DNA from: Vicugna vicugna
Taxonomy: Eukaryota
Length of the DNA: 64,000 bases
Assembly: GCA_013265495.1 (NCBI GenBank)
Contig: MU058531.1
Location: 674,678-738,677 of the forward strand
Reading direction: 5' to 3'
A program made the position numbers and the translations under genes. Of the stretch, positions 36,700 through 48,445 are shown one piece after another; the stretch's first letter is position 1, and each line of letters starts with the position of its first letter. The notes under the pieces are model-generated. The model was not told the DNA's origin. It saw only the letters and a list, made by a program, of their open reading frames with translations, and ran no database searches.

Positions 36700-37385
36700 T
36701 TTTCAAAACAGTAAACTTTACTAGTAATTAAATACAAATTAAATGATTTTTTAAAACTCTCATACTTGTCAAGATTAAAAAGTTTGATAATGACGTGTAC
36801 TGGAGACAGCACAAGGACATTCCTGTTAACACACTTCTCAAGGAAATTTTTAAAATTTGTTTGAAAAGTCTTCAAATTTTGTATTTCTTTTGACCCAGAA
36901 ATTCAATTTCTATGAATTTATCCATTGAAAATAATCATGCAAACTGACAAAGATGGTTATACAGAGATATTCATTATAACAGCCTGAATGCTCAACAGTA
37001 GGAAATCAGTTTTAATATGGACCACACTTTACAATGGCATCTTCTGCAATTGTTAGAAGTGATGCCAAGTTAAAACAGAGGTTGATAAAATAGTCTTCAA
37101 CTCTACCCTGTGTATATTTATACACATATAAAAAGTCTGAAGAACCATATGATATGAATGGTGGTTATTTCTTGAACTCCTTTTAGAGATTTTATTTTCC
37201 TCTTTAATTTTTTCTTATTTTTCTTTATTTTGGGGTGGTGGGTGTAATTAGGTTTATTTATTTATTTCATGGAGATAGTGGGGATGGTAAGCATGCACTC
37301 TACTGCTGAGCTATGCCTTCCCCTTTAATTTTTCAATTTGGCCATATTTTCTGTGATTTATGAATACATTACTTTTATAGTTAGA
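36700..37385 (+). mobile_element. Ancient L1ME fragment
   Basis: tttgacccagaaattcaatttctatgaatttatcc; gatattcattataacagc. Confidence 0.65.
37213..37322 (-). mobile_element. Camelid SINE with an internal deletion removing the B-box
   Basis: gtaattaggtttatttatt...atggagatagtggggat|ggtaagcatgcactctactgctgagctat; TSD ctttaattttt (37202-37212 / 37323-37333). Confidence 0.88.
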
Positions 37386-38014
37386 TAAACATTAAACATG
37401 ATAGTCAGTTTCATTCTAGAAAGAGATGGCAGGAAAGAGGATGAAAGCAGGGAGAGAAAGTTCCCCCTAACTCAAAGGTTTAGCAGCACAGACTGCTAAT
37501 GGGGGAAAAGTGACAAGATCCCCTGAAGGTCTTCTCTCTGCCTAAGGTTTATTAGCCAAATGGGAAAATACTGTACATGCATCTGCATTGCTTCTGCCTC
37601 AGACAACATTTATCATTCACCTGGTGTTTCTTCTTCCACAGTTCCTCCGGGAGCCCAAGCTCCCCTTATGAAATTAAGTTCATAATTCTCAGAACTGCAT
37701 TTCTTTACATGTCCTTTGCTCAGGATTTATACCTTTGTTACCTGTCAAAATGCAAATGCCTTGATATCTGCTAAACAGCAATGGATGCTAATGAGCTAAT
37801 ATATTAACTATGACTCAATACAAATTTTTTAGCAAACACTTTCTTATAAGGGTACATGTTAGGGAAAAGTAAAGAAATAGCAAGCATGCTTCCTATAGCC
37901 AAGTGAGAGAGATTATAAATCAGAACAACTAATTAAAACTAGAGGTTTTAAAAACTAACAACAACAATGCAAGCTACATCACAGTGCAGTATGTGTTTAA
38001 GGGATGAATGGCAT

Positions 38015-38200
38015 CAGATGAGCTGGAGATTTGGAGATCATTAAGACCTGAATTTGAAATCCAGATCTGCCACTTCCTTGCTCAGTCAAGGTTTCTTAAT
38101 TCCTCTGGGTCTCAGTTTCTTTGTCAATAAATCAGATACCATAAAATTAAGAGTTTCTTCGCAGGATTTAAAGAGATGAAATATTTGTAAAACGTTGCAT
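38015..38200 (+). mobile_element. MIR
   Basis: agacctgaatttgaaatccagatctgccactt...ctctgggtctcagtttct. Confidence 0.8.
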
Positions 38201-38844
38201 TCATGGATGTACAGCCATGACTAAAAGCCCTCAAACCCATTTACACTATTATCCCCTCCCTACGTGACGGATTGCCTGGTCTATCTCCACGTTAGACCAA
38301 CTCTGTTCACCTCCCCCTGCCTTGGGGAGAATACTTGCTTTAAAACCAGGCAGGAACAGGGCCCCTGCATCACAGAAGCAGCCATACATCTGGGCGATAC
38401 CTAGTTAGGTAACATCAGGGGGCCCTGGACCCTGCTAGGCATTTCTCTGAGCAATGAAAAATATCAGACTAAATATTTCAGTTGAATGATATGGATAAGA
38501 CGAACACTATGTGAACCTTATTTTTTAAATACTCCCTTTAACCCATGGTCTCTCAGGGCCAAAGAAGTTTTCAGAAGTCACAGAGAAGGTAGAGAAGCAT
38601 ACTCCCTATTTCATTTCTGCCTCAATCTCAATGAATAATTTTCAGACTGAAAAGAAAGATTTGAAGTTATTTTTAGGGTTTGAGTCCTATCTTGTACTTT
38701 TGCACTTAATTTAATTTTGGCTTCAAAAAGACTCTGAAATCCAAAATATAAAAGAATAGAAGATGCTCTGATTCCTTTAAAAATGGCAAATCTCTCAAAT
38801 AGTGGCTATGATGGTAGATTCACTGATTTCCTTCCCCCCTCCAC

Positions 38845-39103
38845 CTTTATTGAGGTATAATTGACAAAAATTGTGTATGTTTAAGATGTACATGTGATGA
38901 TTTGATATATGTATACATTATGAAATGATTAACATAATCAAGCTCATTAACACCTCCATCACCTCACATCTGTGTTTAAGATCTACAAATCACGTAGATC
39001 TTAGCAAATTAGGCATACAATGGTGTATGTTAACTATAATCACCATGCTGGACATTCGATTCTCAGAACTTATTCATCTTATAATTCAGTTTGTACCCTT
39101 GAA
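38845..39103 (-). mobile_element. L1MA-type 3' end
   Basis: ctttattgaggtataattgaca...atcaagctcattaaca...cagaacttattcatctt. Confidence 0.92.
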
Positions 39104-39399
39104 TTTGAGAGAACATGGAGAATGTGGGCATTGCCAGATAGGTAAAGATTGGCAAACCAAATTTTAAAGAGAAAAAAATGGCAAAATGCTGCAAATTACA
39201 GGCTCTGAAAGCTTGTAATAGAACCATAGCAGAATCCTGAAATTGCTTATGTCATAGGTGGTTTATGAGCCTTTAGAGTAATCTTAACGATCATTGACTT
39301 ACTAAAAGTCACATGAATGTGGAAGAGCTTGCAGACTTAATTTTATGTTAGGTCTGTTAGAATGAGCAATGATGCTTTCTATGTATTTAACATTTGCTG

Positions 39400-39610
39400 A
39401 TTTCTAAGGCATTTCCACAGTATTTCTTGAAATCTCCTAAAAGCCCCATAGGCTAGAAATGAGTTTTTATTCCAGTATCATACAGGAGGAAACAGACAAA
39501 AAGTGACTAAGGGTTACAAAGGAGCAAAGCCAGGGAATGGAAGAGCCAGAATGTTGACTTGAACTTACGATTAACTGATCCAGTGTCCTGGGCACTGTAG
39601 TCACGCTTCC
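39400..39610 (-). mobile_element. MIR (degraded)
   Basis: aaatctcctaaaagccccatagg...tacaggaggaaacaga. Confidence 0.55.
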
Positions 39611-41669
39611 TCTCCAGTGGCCAAATTTATAGATATGAAGATTAGAAGGACCATTTACTTTGTTTTTGTTTTTAACTGTTTAACAATGGAATAATTTGTT
39701 TTATATACAAGCATAGTACTCTTCAGCTCAAGAGTCAGACTAATAGCTAGGTGGCCGAATAATTCTCATATTCATAACCATTCAAGTCCCTGCATCTCAA
39801 ATTCTAAATTAGAAATTTCTGTAATGCTTCAATCAGTCAAGTAGACCAGATTTTTCCTGGATATTGCTCCATATAATAAATGCTTAATTTTGAACCATTG
39901 TTAAATGAATTGGCACTGGAATAGCTTTAACCTAAGTAATCATTGACAGTTTCTATATAAGTACTAAATCTTTGTTTTCTGAGTTTATTGCTTCTTTTTC
40001 TGGTTTTTATCATATTGGAGGTCATGATTTTGAAGATTGAGCATTATATTTCTGCCTATTTTATGCAACTAATCATGTTGCAAAGATAGGCTGTGATCTA
40101 CTTAAAATATCTGTGTCTATTTGATCATTATATCACCTCATAATTAAACAAATCCTGGATTTAAAGCTGTTAGTTTCTTAACCGATATTGCTCTCCTTTC
40201 TAAATGCAAATAAGCAGCAGGCACTTCAAAATCTCCAATATTTTTAGAATCCTGGTGAAAAACACAGGTTGAAGTAAGTCAGTCTTATATCTCCACTCCC
40301 ACCCCTACAATTCACCTGACACACACACGTGCACGTGACTGCCCTAGTGCCTTCATGTTGCACACATACACACACGTGTGCACACAGAGTCACACAGGTA
40401 CAGTTGAATAAGTCTGAAGCTTTCTCCAGGAACACTGTTAAGGTCAAACAGGATTTCAGGTCTGGGCATTTAAATTAGGCTAAATTACAAACCAACAGTC
40501 AATGAAAAATAATTAGTCCTCACAGTGCCAGTCTTATGAATTTTCTTGGCCTTTTCCCTTACCCAATTCTGAAGTAAAACCAGCTCTCAATGTCTTGGCT
40601 TTGTTCTTCTTGTGATAATTCAGTACTTCCTAGGACACTGTTGTTATCCACCAGCCTTTCCATATTGACCCACCTCTGTCACCACCAAAATCTGCTTTCC
40701 CAAGCCCCTAGTGTCAAAGCCTTTATCTGGCTGGTCCAAGTTGAAGAAAGGAGACAGGACAATCAAAGAGAGAAGACAACAGTGCTACCAAGCAAAGAAT
40801 GACAGTTTGTCAGATCTTTTATTTCCAAGGCACATCTCATTCCTCCAGAAGATTAGATTAAATGAGGTAACTTCCTTGGAAGACTTTAAACTATGCCACA
40901 TTCATGGGTTACTGGTTATCACGGTGGAAAACTCAACTGGGACAAGGTCTGCCACCAGCATTATATTCTGATCATTTTTCAGGGCCTAATTTTCCCCGAG
41001 AAAGCAAGTAAGGGAGAAAAGTTGCTAATGTTCAGCTAATACATCTATTTAATAGGCAGTGAAATGCAGTAATGTCATTTTCCATGAGTCAGAAAAAATT
41101 TATTAAAACTGCTGATTTATAACCATTCTGTGGTAATATTAGAGGATTTGGCAAAAAAAAAAAGTGTTTGAAAAATGAGGTATGGTGCTTATGAGGGAGA
41201 AGTTCCCCCTGTGAAGACAAATCTAAAGGGCATATATTTAATTCTGAAACTAAAAATCTGACTTGCATTACAAAACTACTTACCTACAAATATGATCAAA
41301 ATAGAAAGCGACTTAGGTTACAAAAAAAAGATATCTTTGACCAGAAGGCCTCCCATGATAGGCCTGCCAGGGGGCCACTATTACAAGCCCTTGACACTAA
41401 TTTACTCGGCTTTAAAAATTCTTCTCTGTTGAAATGAAAATATACCTGGCCGTAATGCCTATGAAGTCAGATTCAGTCATTAATATCTTAGAGAGAATTA
41501 ATTTATCAGGTCTTTTCTTAAATACAGAAAAACTTCATATGACTGTAGTCTATTATTACTCTGTTACGAAGAGTGAAAACGGAGGGAAGGACATACATGC
41601 CAGAGCCCTGTAGAAGGCTAGAGCAAAGCAAACAACATTCAATAAAATTAAGCAATAGGGATGAACACT

Positions 41670-41870
41670 TCTGCTTCCTTAAAGATGGACAGACATATTG
41701 CTTCTAGTCCCCCAAATAAATACAGCTAAAAACAATTGGCTTTATGTGTAAAACAAATGTAAGGAGACTCTGAATGGTGGATCAAAGCAGGAAAACTGAC
41801 CAGGAGGCTTGAGGAGTGACACAGTTTTGAATTTCCCAAGTTTTCTTTTTGACTCATCTATCTACCTTGT
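41670..41870 (+). mobile_element. Old L1 5'UTR fragment
   Basis: cttctgcttccttaaagatgg...aaaacaaatgtaaggagactctgaatggtgga. Confidence 0.55.
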
Positions 41871-41927
41871 AAGTTTGTTGTAAAGACAAAGTAAAATAAC
41901 AAATACAGGATTTTTAGAACTATAAAG

Positions 41928-42728
41928 CAGGGTTTGGCCAACTTTTTCTGTAAAGGGCTGGAGAGCACCTGTTTTAGGCCATACTACTCAGCTCTGGAGA
42001 GGCAGCACAAAAGCAGTCACAGACAATAGTAGAAGAACGGCTGTGTTACAGTCAAATTTCACTAACAGAAACAGACTTGAAACCAAGCAGGACCCTGTGG
42101 GTCCCTTCTGGTCACAAAAGCCCCTCCATGTCCCCTCTTTATTGTTTGTAGGAAAAGGCTTTAGTCTCCTAGGCTCTTCACTGAGTCCCAAAGAGCAGAC
42201 TGAAATAGGTACTAACCAGGGGAGTGAGAGAATGAAGAAACAAAGGAAAAACAAATCATTCAGCTATAAAACAAGAGTCCTACTTCCCCCTCAAGAGATA
42301 AACATAACAATCTGATGCATACCCTTGAGTTGTTCTGCAGGAACTGAGACCCACCACCCAGGAGGAGGATGGTGACTACATGGTGACCACAAGCACCAAG
42401 ACCCCAGACTGGCTGGAACCAGAAGGTGGATGATTGAGATTCCTGGACACTACCCTCACCACCAACCAATCAGAGGAAGGCACACACCCTGCAGACCTCC
42501 CCACAAATTTTGCCTATTAAAAACTCTCTCCCAAAAATCATCAGGGAGTTCGGGTCTTCTGAGCATGAGCCGCCCTGTTCTCCTTGCTTGGCCTGCAATA
42601 AAACTTTCTCCACTCCAAATGCCAACATTTCAGTTACTTGGTCTCACTGTGCACTGCGCACACAAACTGGGATTCGACAACAGACTCAGACCAAACTTGC
42701 CCTTTGGGGCGACATGCTCTGACCCCTG
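41928..42728 (+). mobile_element. MER58A-like MITE split by an ERV LTR
   Basis: cagggtttggccaactttttctgtaaagggc ... tgacccctg; degenerate 8-bp TSD ctataaag / ctatgagg. Confidence 0.85.
42078..42682 (+). mobile_element. Intact solo LTR, ERV1/class I type (605 bp)
   Basis: TG...CA termini, perfect 4-bp TSD GACT (42074-42077 / 42683-42686), CCAAT at about 42466, TATA-like cctattaaaa at about 42513, AATAAA at 42597-42602. Confidence 0.92.
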
Positions 42729-43684
42729 CTATGAGGCCTACACAAGCCTCTCTTTTTTTTTCCCCCCCCTTAAGTTTCTTTATCTCATGCAAATACTAGA
42801 GCTGAACAAATATTGGACTGAGGAGAGCTGGCTTCCAATTCTGTTACTGATGCTAAGAGCTGTGTTGTTTTGACAGATTTCCTTACCTCACCAGCCATTC
42901 TGAATTGTCATTAAAAAAAAAAAGGTAATATTAGATTTCTTCTGAGGTCTGAAATGCTTAAATCTATCATTGATTCCTTAGATAATTCTCATGAAACATC
43001 TTTTCATTGGTTGTGAAACCTGAAAATGGTTTCATCATTGCAAACTATTAAATGCTATACTTAGGACATAGATCAGTGACATGGATGATGCCAGTGAAAG
43101 TGAATACAGCTTCTTTATTAGAAAAAAACTATGCTGAAAGGAAAAACTAGCCAAAAGAACTTTTATGGTACAGCTGATTTATTTCTGGCATTTCATATTT
43201 TATCAAGCTCCCACGTCAGGCTGCATGTCTCAAATGAATAATACCCAAACCCTTTAACATGAAGTTCTTTTGAGATTCTAATTTTCTTAACATTTCATTG
43301 AAACATATCTTTTTATTAATGTGGTATTATTATTTTAAACTTATCCTAGTTAACATAAAATATTATTTAGGGAAAGGAGATAAAATACATTAATGAAAAG
43401 GAACACATAAATTGTTAGAAAACCAAATGAGCTATCATCAACTATAAATTGCATTAGCAATGTTAGTTATTACAATTCTTAAGGATGGAAGATCTCATAA
43501 AATACATTAATTGTAGATGTATTTGAATTCTTAATATGCATTTGATACATTTTATGATAATTAAACTTTTGGAAACTTTTCTTAAAGACAAACAGAATAA
43601 AAATATTAAATAGTGAACTTTCTATCACTGGGAGTGTTCAAGAAAAACCTGATAAATGTTTAATATGTTGTTAAGAATATGTGT

Positions 43685-44344
43685 ACAAATTTACCCCAAG
43701 ATTAGCAGAAAGAAGGAAATAATAAACACTAAAGCAGAAATAAGTGAAATAGAGAATAGAAAATCAGTAGAAAAAAAAAATCAATGAAACTGAGTTTTTT
43801 TTGAAAAGAAACAGATTAACAAACTCTTAATCAGATTAAGAAAAAGAGACTCAAATCAATAAGCTATAAAATAGGAGACATTACAACTGATGCCACAGAA
43901 ATACAAAAGGTCATTAAAAAATTATCATGAATAATCACATGCCAACAAATTGGATAACCCAGAAGAAAATGGATAAATTCCTAGAAACATACAACCTACT
44001 AAGACTGAATCATGAAGAAATAGAAAAACTTAACAGACCAATAACAAACAAGGATTGAATCAGTAATAAAACATCTCCCAACAAAGAAAATTCCAGGACC
44101 AGATGGTTTCACTGGTGAATGCTACAAACAATTAAGGGAGAATTAATTTCAACCCTTCCCAAACTCGTTCAGAAGGTTAGAGAAAAGAGAATACTCTTTT
44201 TATAAGGTCTCATTACCTTGCTATCAAAGCCAGGAAAAGACACCACAAGAACTGACAACTGCAGGTCACAATCCCTGATGAACATGCATGCAAAACTCAA
44301 CAGAATACTAGCAAACTAAATTCAACAGCACATTAAAACGATCC
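43685..44344 (+). mobile_element. Internal L1 ORF2 fragment (EN-RT linker to start of RT), no poly(A), TSD-flanked
   Basis: agcagaaagaaggaaataataaa; atggataaattcctagaaacatacaaccta; ccaggaccagatggtttcactggtgaat; attcaacagcacattaaaa. Confidence 0.95.
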
Positions 44345-44559
44345 TAAGAAAATGTGTTTGGGAATCACCAACCCTGAAGATACTTTCCAGTTTTTTAAGA
44401 TTCTAAAGCCAAGCAAACTGTAAATTCAACTTCTTGACTATATTAACTGAAGCATTTTTTAAATGTTCTCTGTAGGCAGGGTACAGTAGAGAATACTCAA
44501 CAGATGCTGAGACATGAATGAGAAAAATAAAAAGATACAGACCTTTTAATAGTGTGTGA

Positions 44560-44690
44560 AGACATTTTTACAGATTTTCACAGATGAGGAAACTAGCAGG
44601 CCCAGAGTTCTGACTCACCTCCAGTGAACAGCTGGTTGTTGGCAGACCTGAAGCTAAAGGCTGAGCTTGGCTTCTTTCCATTCTACCACT
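44560..44690 (-). mobile_element. MIR
   Basis: ttttcacagatgaggaaact. Confidence 0.7.
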
Positions 44691-44994
44691 TTGAGCCTAC
44701 AAAAATAGAAAAAAAGTAACGAATCACAAAAATGCAGAATATAGATGCAGCCTAAATGTTATACTGTAAGCTGAAAATCAAGGCTTTCTTCAAGACATGG
44801 AAGTCCATGTACACTGCCTAAAAGAAGTGTCTAAAAAGGAAGTCAGGAAGATGTGAGATGCGTATCACTCCAGGCAAAGGAAATGCCTGGCATTATTCAT
44901 TAAAACAACAACAAAAAATTAACTGTGGAAGAGGAGAGGACAGTTTTATATACTCTCTTGACTTGGGAACAGAAGAAAAATGTAAGAAGGCTAG

Positions 44995-45200
44995 TTCAAT
45001 ATTCATTAATTTAGCAATCATTTCTTAGGAGATATTATGTAGTACTTGCAGTGTTGAATCCTCTAAACATGATGCTAAACAAAAAAGGCATGGCCCTGCC
45101 CTCCAGGAGCGTACAATCTGGTAAAGGACACAGATGTGTAGCCTAGTAAGAGCAGAATTGCATTAGCTAGCTTAGAGAAGTAGAGTGAACGGGGAGAATG
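44995..45200 (-). mobile_element. L2 3' end
   Basis: attcattaatttagcaatcattt...ggcatggccctgccctccaggagc. Confidence 0.7.
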
Positions 45201-46829
45201 ATAAAAGACGACTTGCTCGAGGGAGCGGTATTCACTTGAATCAAAGGGATGGCTTAAGAGTTAGGGATCAGAAAAGAGCACCCAGATGAGGAAATCCCTC
45301 TGTTACCATCTCTCTTGACTTCTCTGCAGGCTCAACACAGTTGGCTCATCCTACTGCTTGGACTTCATGATATCACCAGCCACCCTTGCTCAATCCTCTA
45401 TGCAGGCTTATCTCTATTCAGCATTTAATTGTTGCTCAGCCCTGCAGTCCTCTCCTCTACCTACATTCTTTCACTTGGTGGTTTTATCCTGATCGCTAGC
45501 TTATCTCCAGACCTGATCTCACCACTTACCTACAGACCAATGTGTCCAACCACATATTTAAAATCTCTGCCCACTGTTTATCACACTTTTCAAGCATAAC
45601 ATGGTTTGCCTGAGGTTGCCCTCTACCTTTCTTCCATCTTCTCTGTTCAGTATGTAAACTCTACTGGAGCATACTAAGTTCCATCCTCTCTGTTGAGTAT
45701 ACAACTCTATTAAACACACTAAGAGGAGTCAAGGTTGGTAAGGAGAGAATGGAAGTATTTAAGCTAGGATGCACAGGATGAGTAGTATCTAGCCCTGCAT
45801 AAAGGAGAAAAACAATACTCCAAGTCAATGACGATCTCTATTTTTACCTTATTTGGTCTCTTAACAATAACTATCCCATAAGGCACAGGAGATTTTTATT
45901 CCTTATTCTTTTCTATGGAGCCCAATAAACTACATCCGCACTCAGTAATGAAGTAATCTCTAAATATAAAGACTTACAAGCCTGGGTCACTAGGAGAACA
46001 TCAGGGATGCTAATCAAAGTTCCAGTCACAAGTGTTAGTTTTTAGACACTGGACTTGGTTTTGCCGGTTTCCCTCCCTCCATCTAGCTTGAAATCCTGCA
46101 GCAATGAGTCATTATGAAAGCAAAACCAACAAAAAAAGGTTGACTAACTTTTTAAAATTCCTAGGTAAATGGCCTTGCCTTCCAGTCAAAAGAATCCATT
46201 TTTTAACCAAGCTACATCTTTCACTGACAGCGTTTTGTTGCAAATACAAAATACAATCGTGAAAAGAGTGAATAGTTCAACTTTCAGACTGATTTATAAT
46301 GACAGTTTTCTGATCCAGGGGAAATGAAGAACTGAGCAGACTCTGAAGTGAAAATTCCCAATTATGTTGTTTCCTTGTATTAATTAAAGCGATGCTAGGT
46401 AGGTTTCAGAGTAGCACTTCTGAGACCTCTGTTGTGCAGAATTACTTGCAGTTGTTAAATGTTACCCTCTTCTCGGTGAAAGCAATAATACAAATCTTGA
46501 TTGAGCATCTATAAGGTATAAAGTACAAGTCTACTTGGACTCCCCTGAGGAGTCACTGACTAATCTTGAGGCCCCTCATCTATTTTACCAAATTTTCATT
46601 TGTTAAAGAAAATAATCTGCTTTGGAGGACCTCTAATATTTATCAACTATACTACTGACAAAATTGTCTTAAAATCTTAGCCCATTTCACCACAACCACC
46701 CTATTCTATCATCCCCCAAAAGAAAACTGCTTTTACTGGGAACCATGTACATAAAGAAATGGTCCATATTTTTGGCCTAGTATTTGTGGTCTCCCAGAAA
46801 CTGGACAATCTCATCCAAAACCATGCTTT

Positions 46830-47345
46830 AACCTAACCTATATTTGTGACTTGAAAACCTGCAGCTTTTGACAAGACTTCACCTCTGAGCTCCAGAATCT
46901 AATAAGCTAATCAATTTCTTTCCTTCGTTATCCTGCAGATTCCTCAAAATCAACATGGGTAAATAGAACTTGTTACCCTCGATAAAACCATTCTATCATT
47001 TATATCCTCTGCTTCTCTGAATGAGCATCCAGTATCACAAACCAGAAGCCAAAAAATTATCCCGGAGTCTCTTTTTTCTTTACCCTTCACATTCAGTCCA
47101 TCAGCAAGTTCTTTGAATTCTTCTACCTAAATATGTGTAGAATCCATTACCTACTCTGCGGCCCTCACCATACCTCTTCTGAATAATTTATAACAGCTTT
47201 AGTAATAGTTGCTTTTCTTCTAGGTATCCCTCCTTCCCATCAGACAGTCATGGAGCCTGTGTTCATTCTGTCATGGGATTTATCTTTCTCATTCATAAAT
47301 ATGATCACATCACTACCATTTTCAAAGTTTTTAATGGCAAGCAAA
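46830..47345 (+). mobile_element. L2 fragment
   Basis: ctctgagctccaga; cctcaaaatcaacatg; cacattcagtccatcagcaagttct; tgatcacatcactacc. Confidence 0.75.
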
Positions 47346-47659
47346 TCTTCATTCTCTTGTGAAAGTAAGAACCAACCCCAGCGTTCACAGTGCAACAGCT
47401 TGCAAAATTGGGATGCTCGTTTTTCTGTCTTTATGCTGGAGATTCACCCACTGCAGACCTAGTTCAGCCTCAGAAGACAGGACAGTGCCAAAGAACTGGG
47501 AATAGGGAATGTACCCAACACAGAGAAGCTTCCAAACTTACAGCAACAGGACAAAAAAAGGCAAATATGAAATGAAATAAAATCAAAGAGAAAGTGGCCT
47601 GTATCCTTTGTTCACTACTTTGTTAATTTATTCAACTTCCTAAATGTTTTTCCATAATG

Positions 47660-48040
47660 TCACATGTAGAATCAGGTGTTATTATTTTAGAAGAGACCTT
47701 AGGCACCATGTGGCTGGGTGCATCTCAAATTGTGATCCCTACTACCTTTGGGTTCTGATTTGATACCTTGGGCCAAACTGGGGAGCACAAGATGCAGCTA
47801 TCCTTCCTTGCTTCAACTCCAACAGCAATCTTCTTATCTGTTTCCTTTGTTTATTTAATAATGGAATCCCACACAAGGTTTCTTTGGTAGGAATAAAAGA
47901 ATTCTGTTTAAAAGCTTAAAATATTGTGATTCACTCCAACTCCCTCAATTTATAGATGAGGCATCTGAGGTTCAGAAAGGTTAAATGATTCATCAAGTTA
48001 CTGGCAGATGACTAGGACATGCTCAGGGCTCCTAATGCCC
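47660..48040 (-). mobile_element. MIR, probably with a nested hAT MITE at about 47715-47930
   Basis: agaatcagg...ttagaagagacctt ... ccctcaatttatagatgaggcatctgaggttcagaaaggttaaatga. Confidence 0.7.
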
Positions 48041-48074
48041 ATTAAAAATGGAGCTAGTACCCCTGGACATGTGT

Positions 48075-48244
48075 TAGAGCCCAAGTGCCTTAATGCACAC
48101 CCGGTCATTGTCGCCTGGCTTTGGGCGATATATTTATCCTTTCTGGGCATCAGTCCTCATCTGAAAAATGGGCTTCGTATTGGTACATGCCTCTCAGAGT
48201 TGTTTTGAGGAGTAAATGGGTTAATATACAGAAAATGTCTGGTA
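48075..48244 (+). mobile_element. MIR
   Basis: catcagtcctcatctgaaaaatggg...cctctcagagttgttttgagg. Confidence 0.8.
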
Positions 48245-48445
48245 CTCCACCCTCCCTCTTTAACTTTTCTCACGTATAAAGCCCCTTGTGATTACACTGG
48301 GCTCACTCAGGTAATTCAGGATAATCTCCTTATCTCAACATCCTTAAATCACACCTGCAAAGGCCCTTCTGCCGTGTACGGTGAAATACCCACAGATTCT
48401 GGGGATCTGAACATGGGTATCTCTGGGGGACCATCATTCCAAGCT
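48245..48445 (-). mobile_element. MLT1C/D LTR fragment
   Basis: cccttgtgattacactgggctcactcaggtaattcaggataatctcc...atcacacctgcaaag. Confidence 0.88.
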
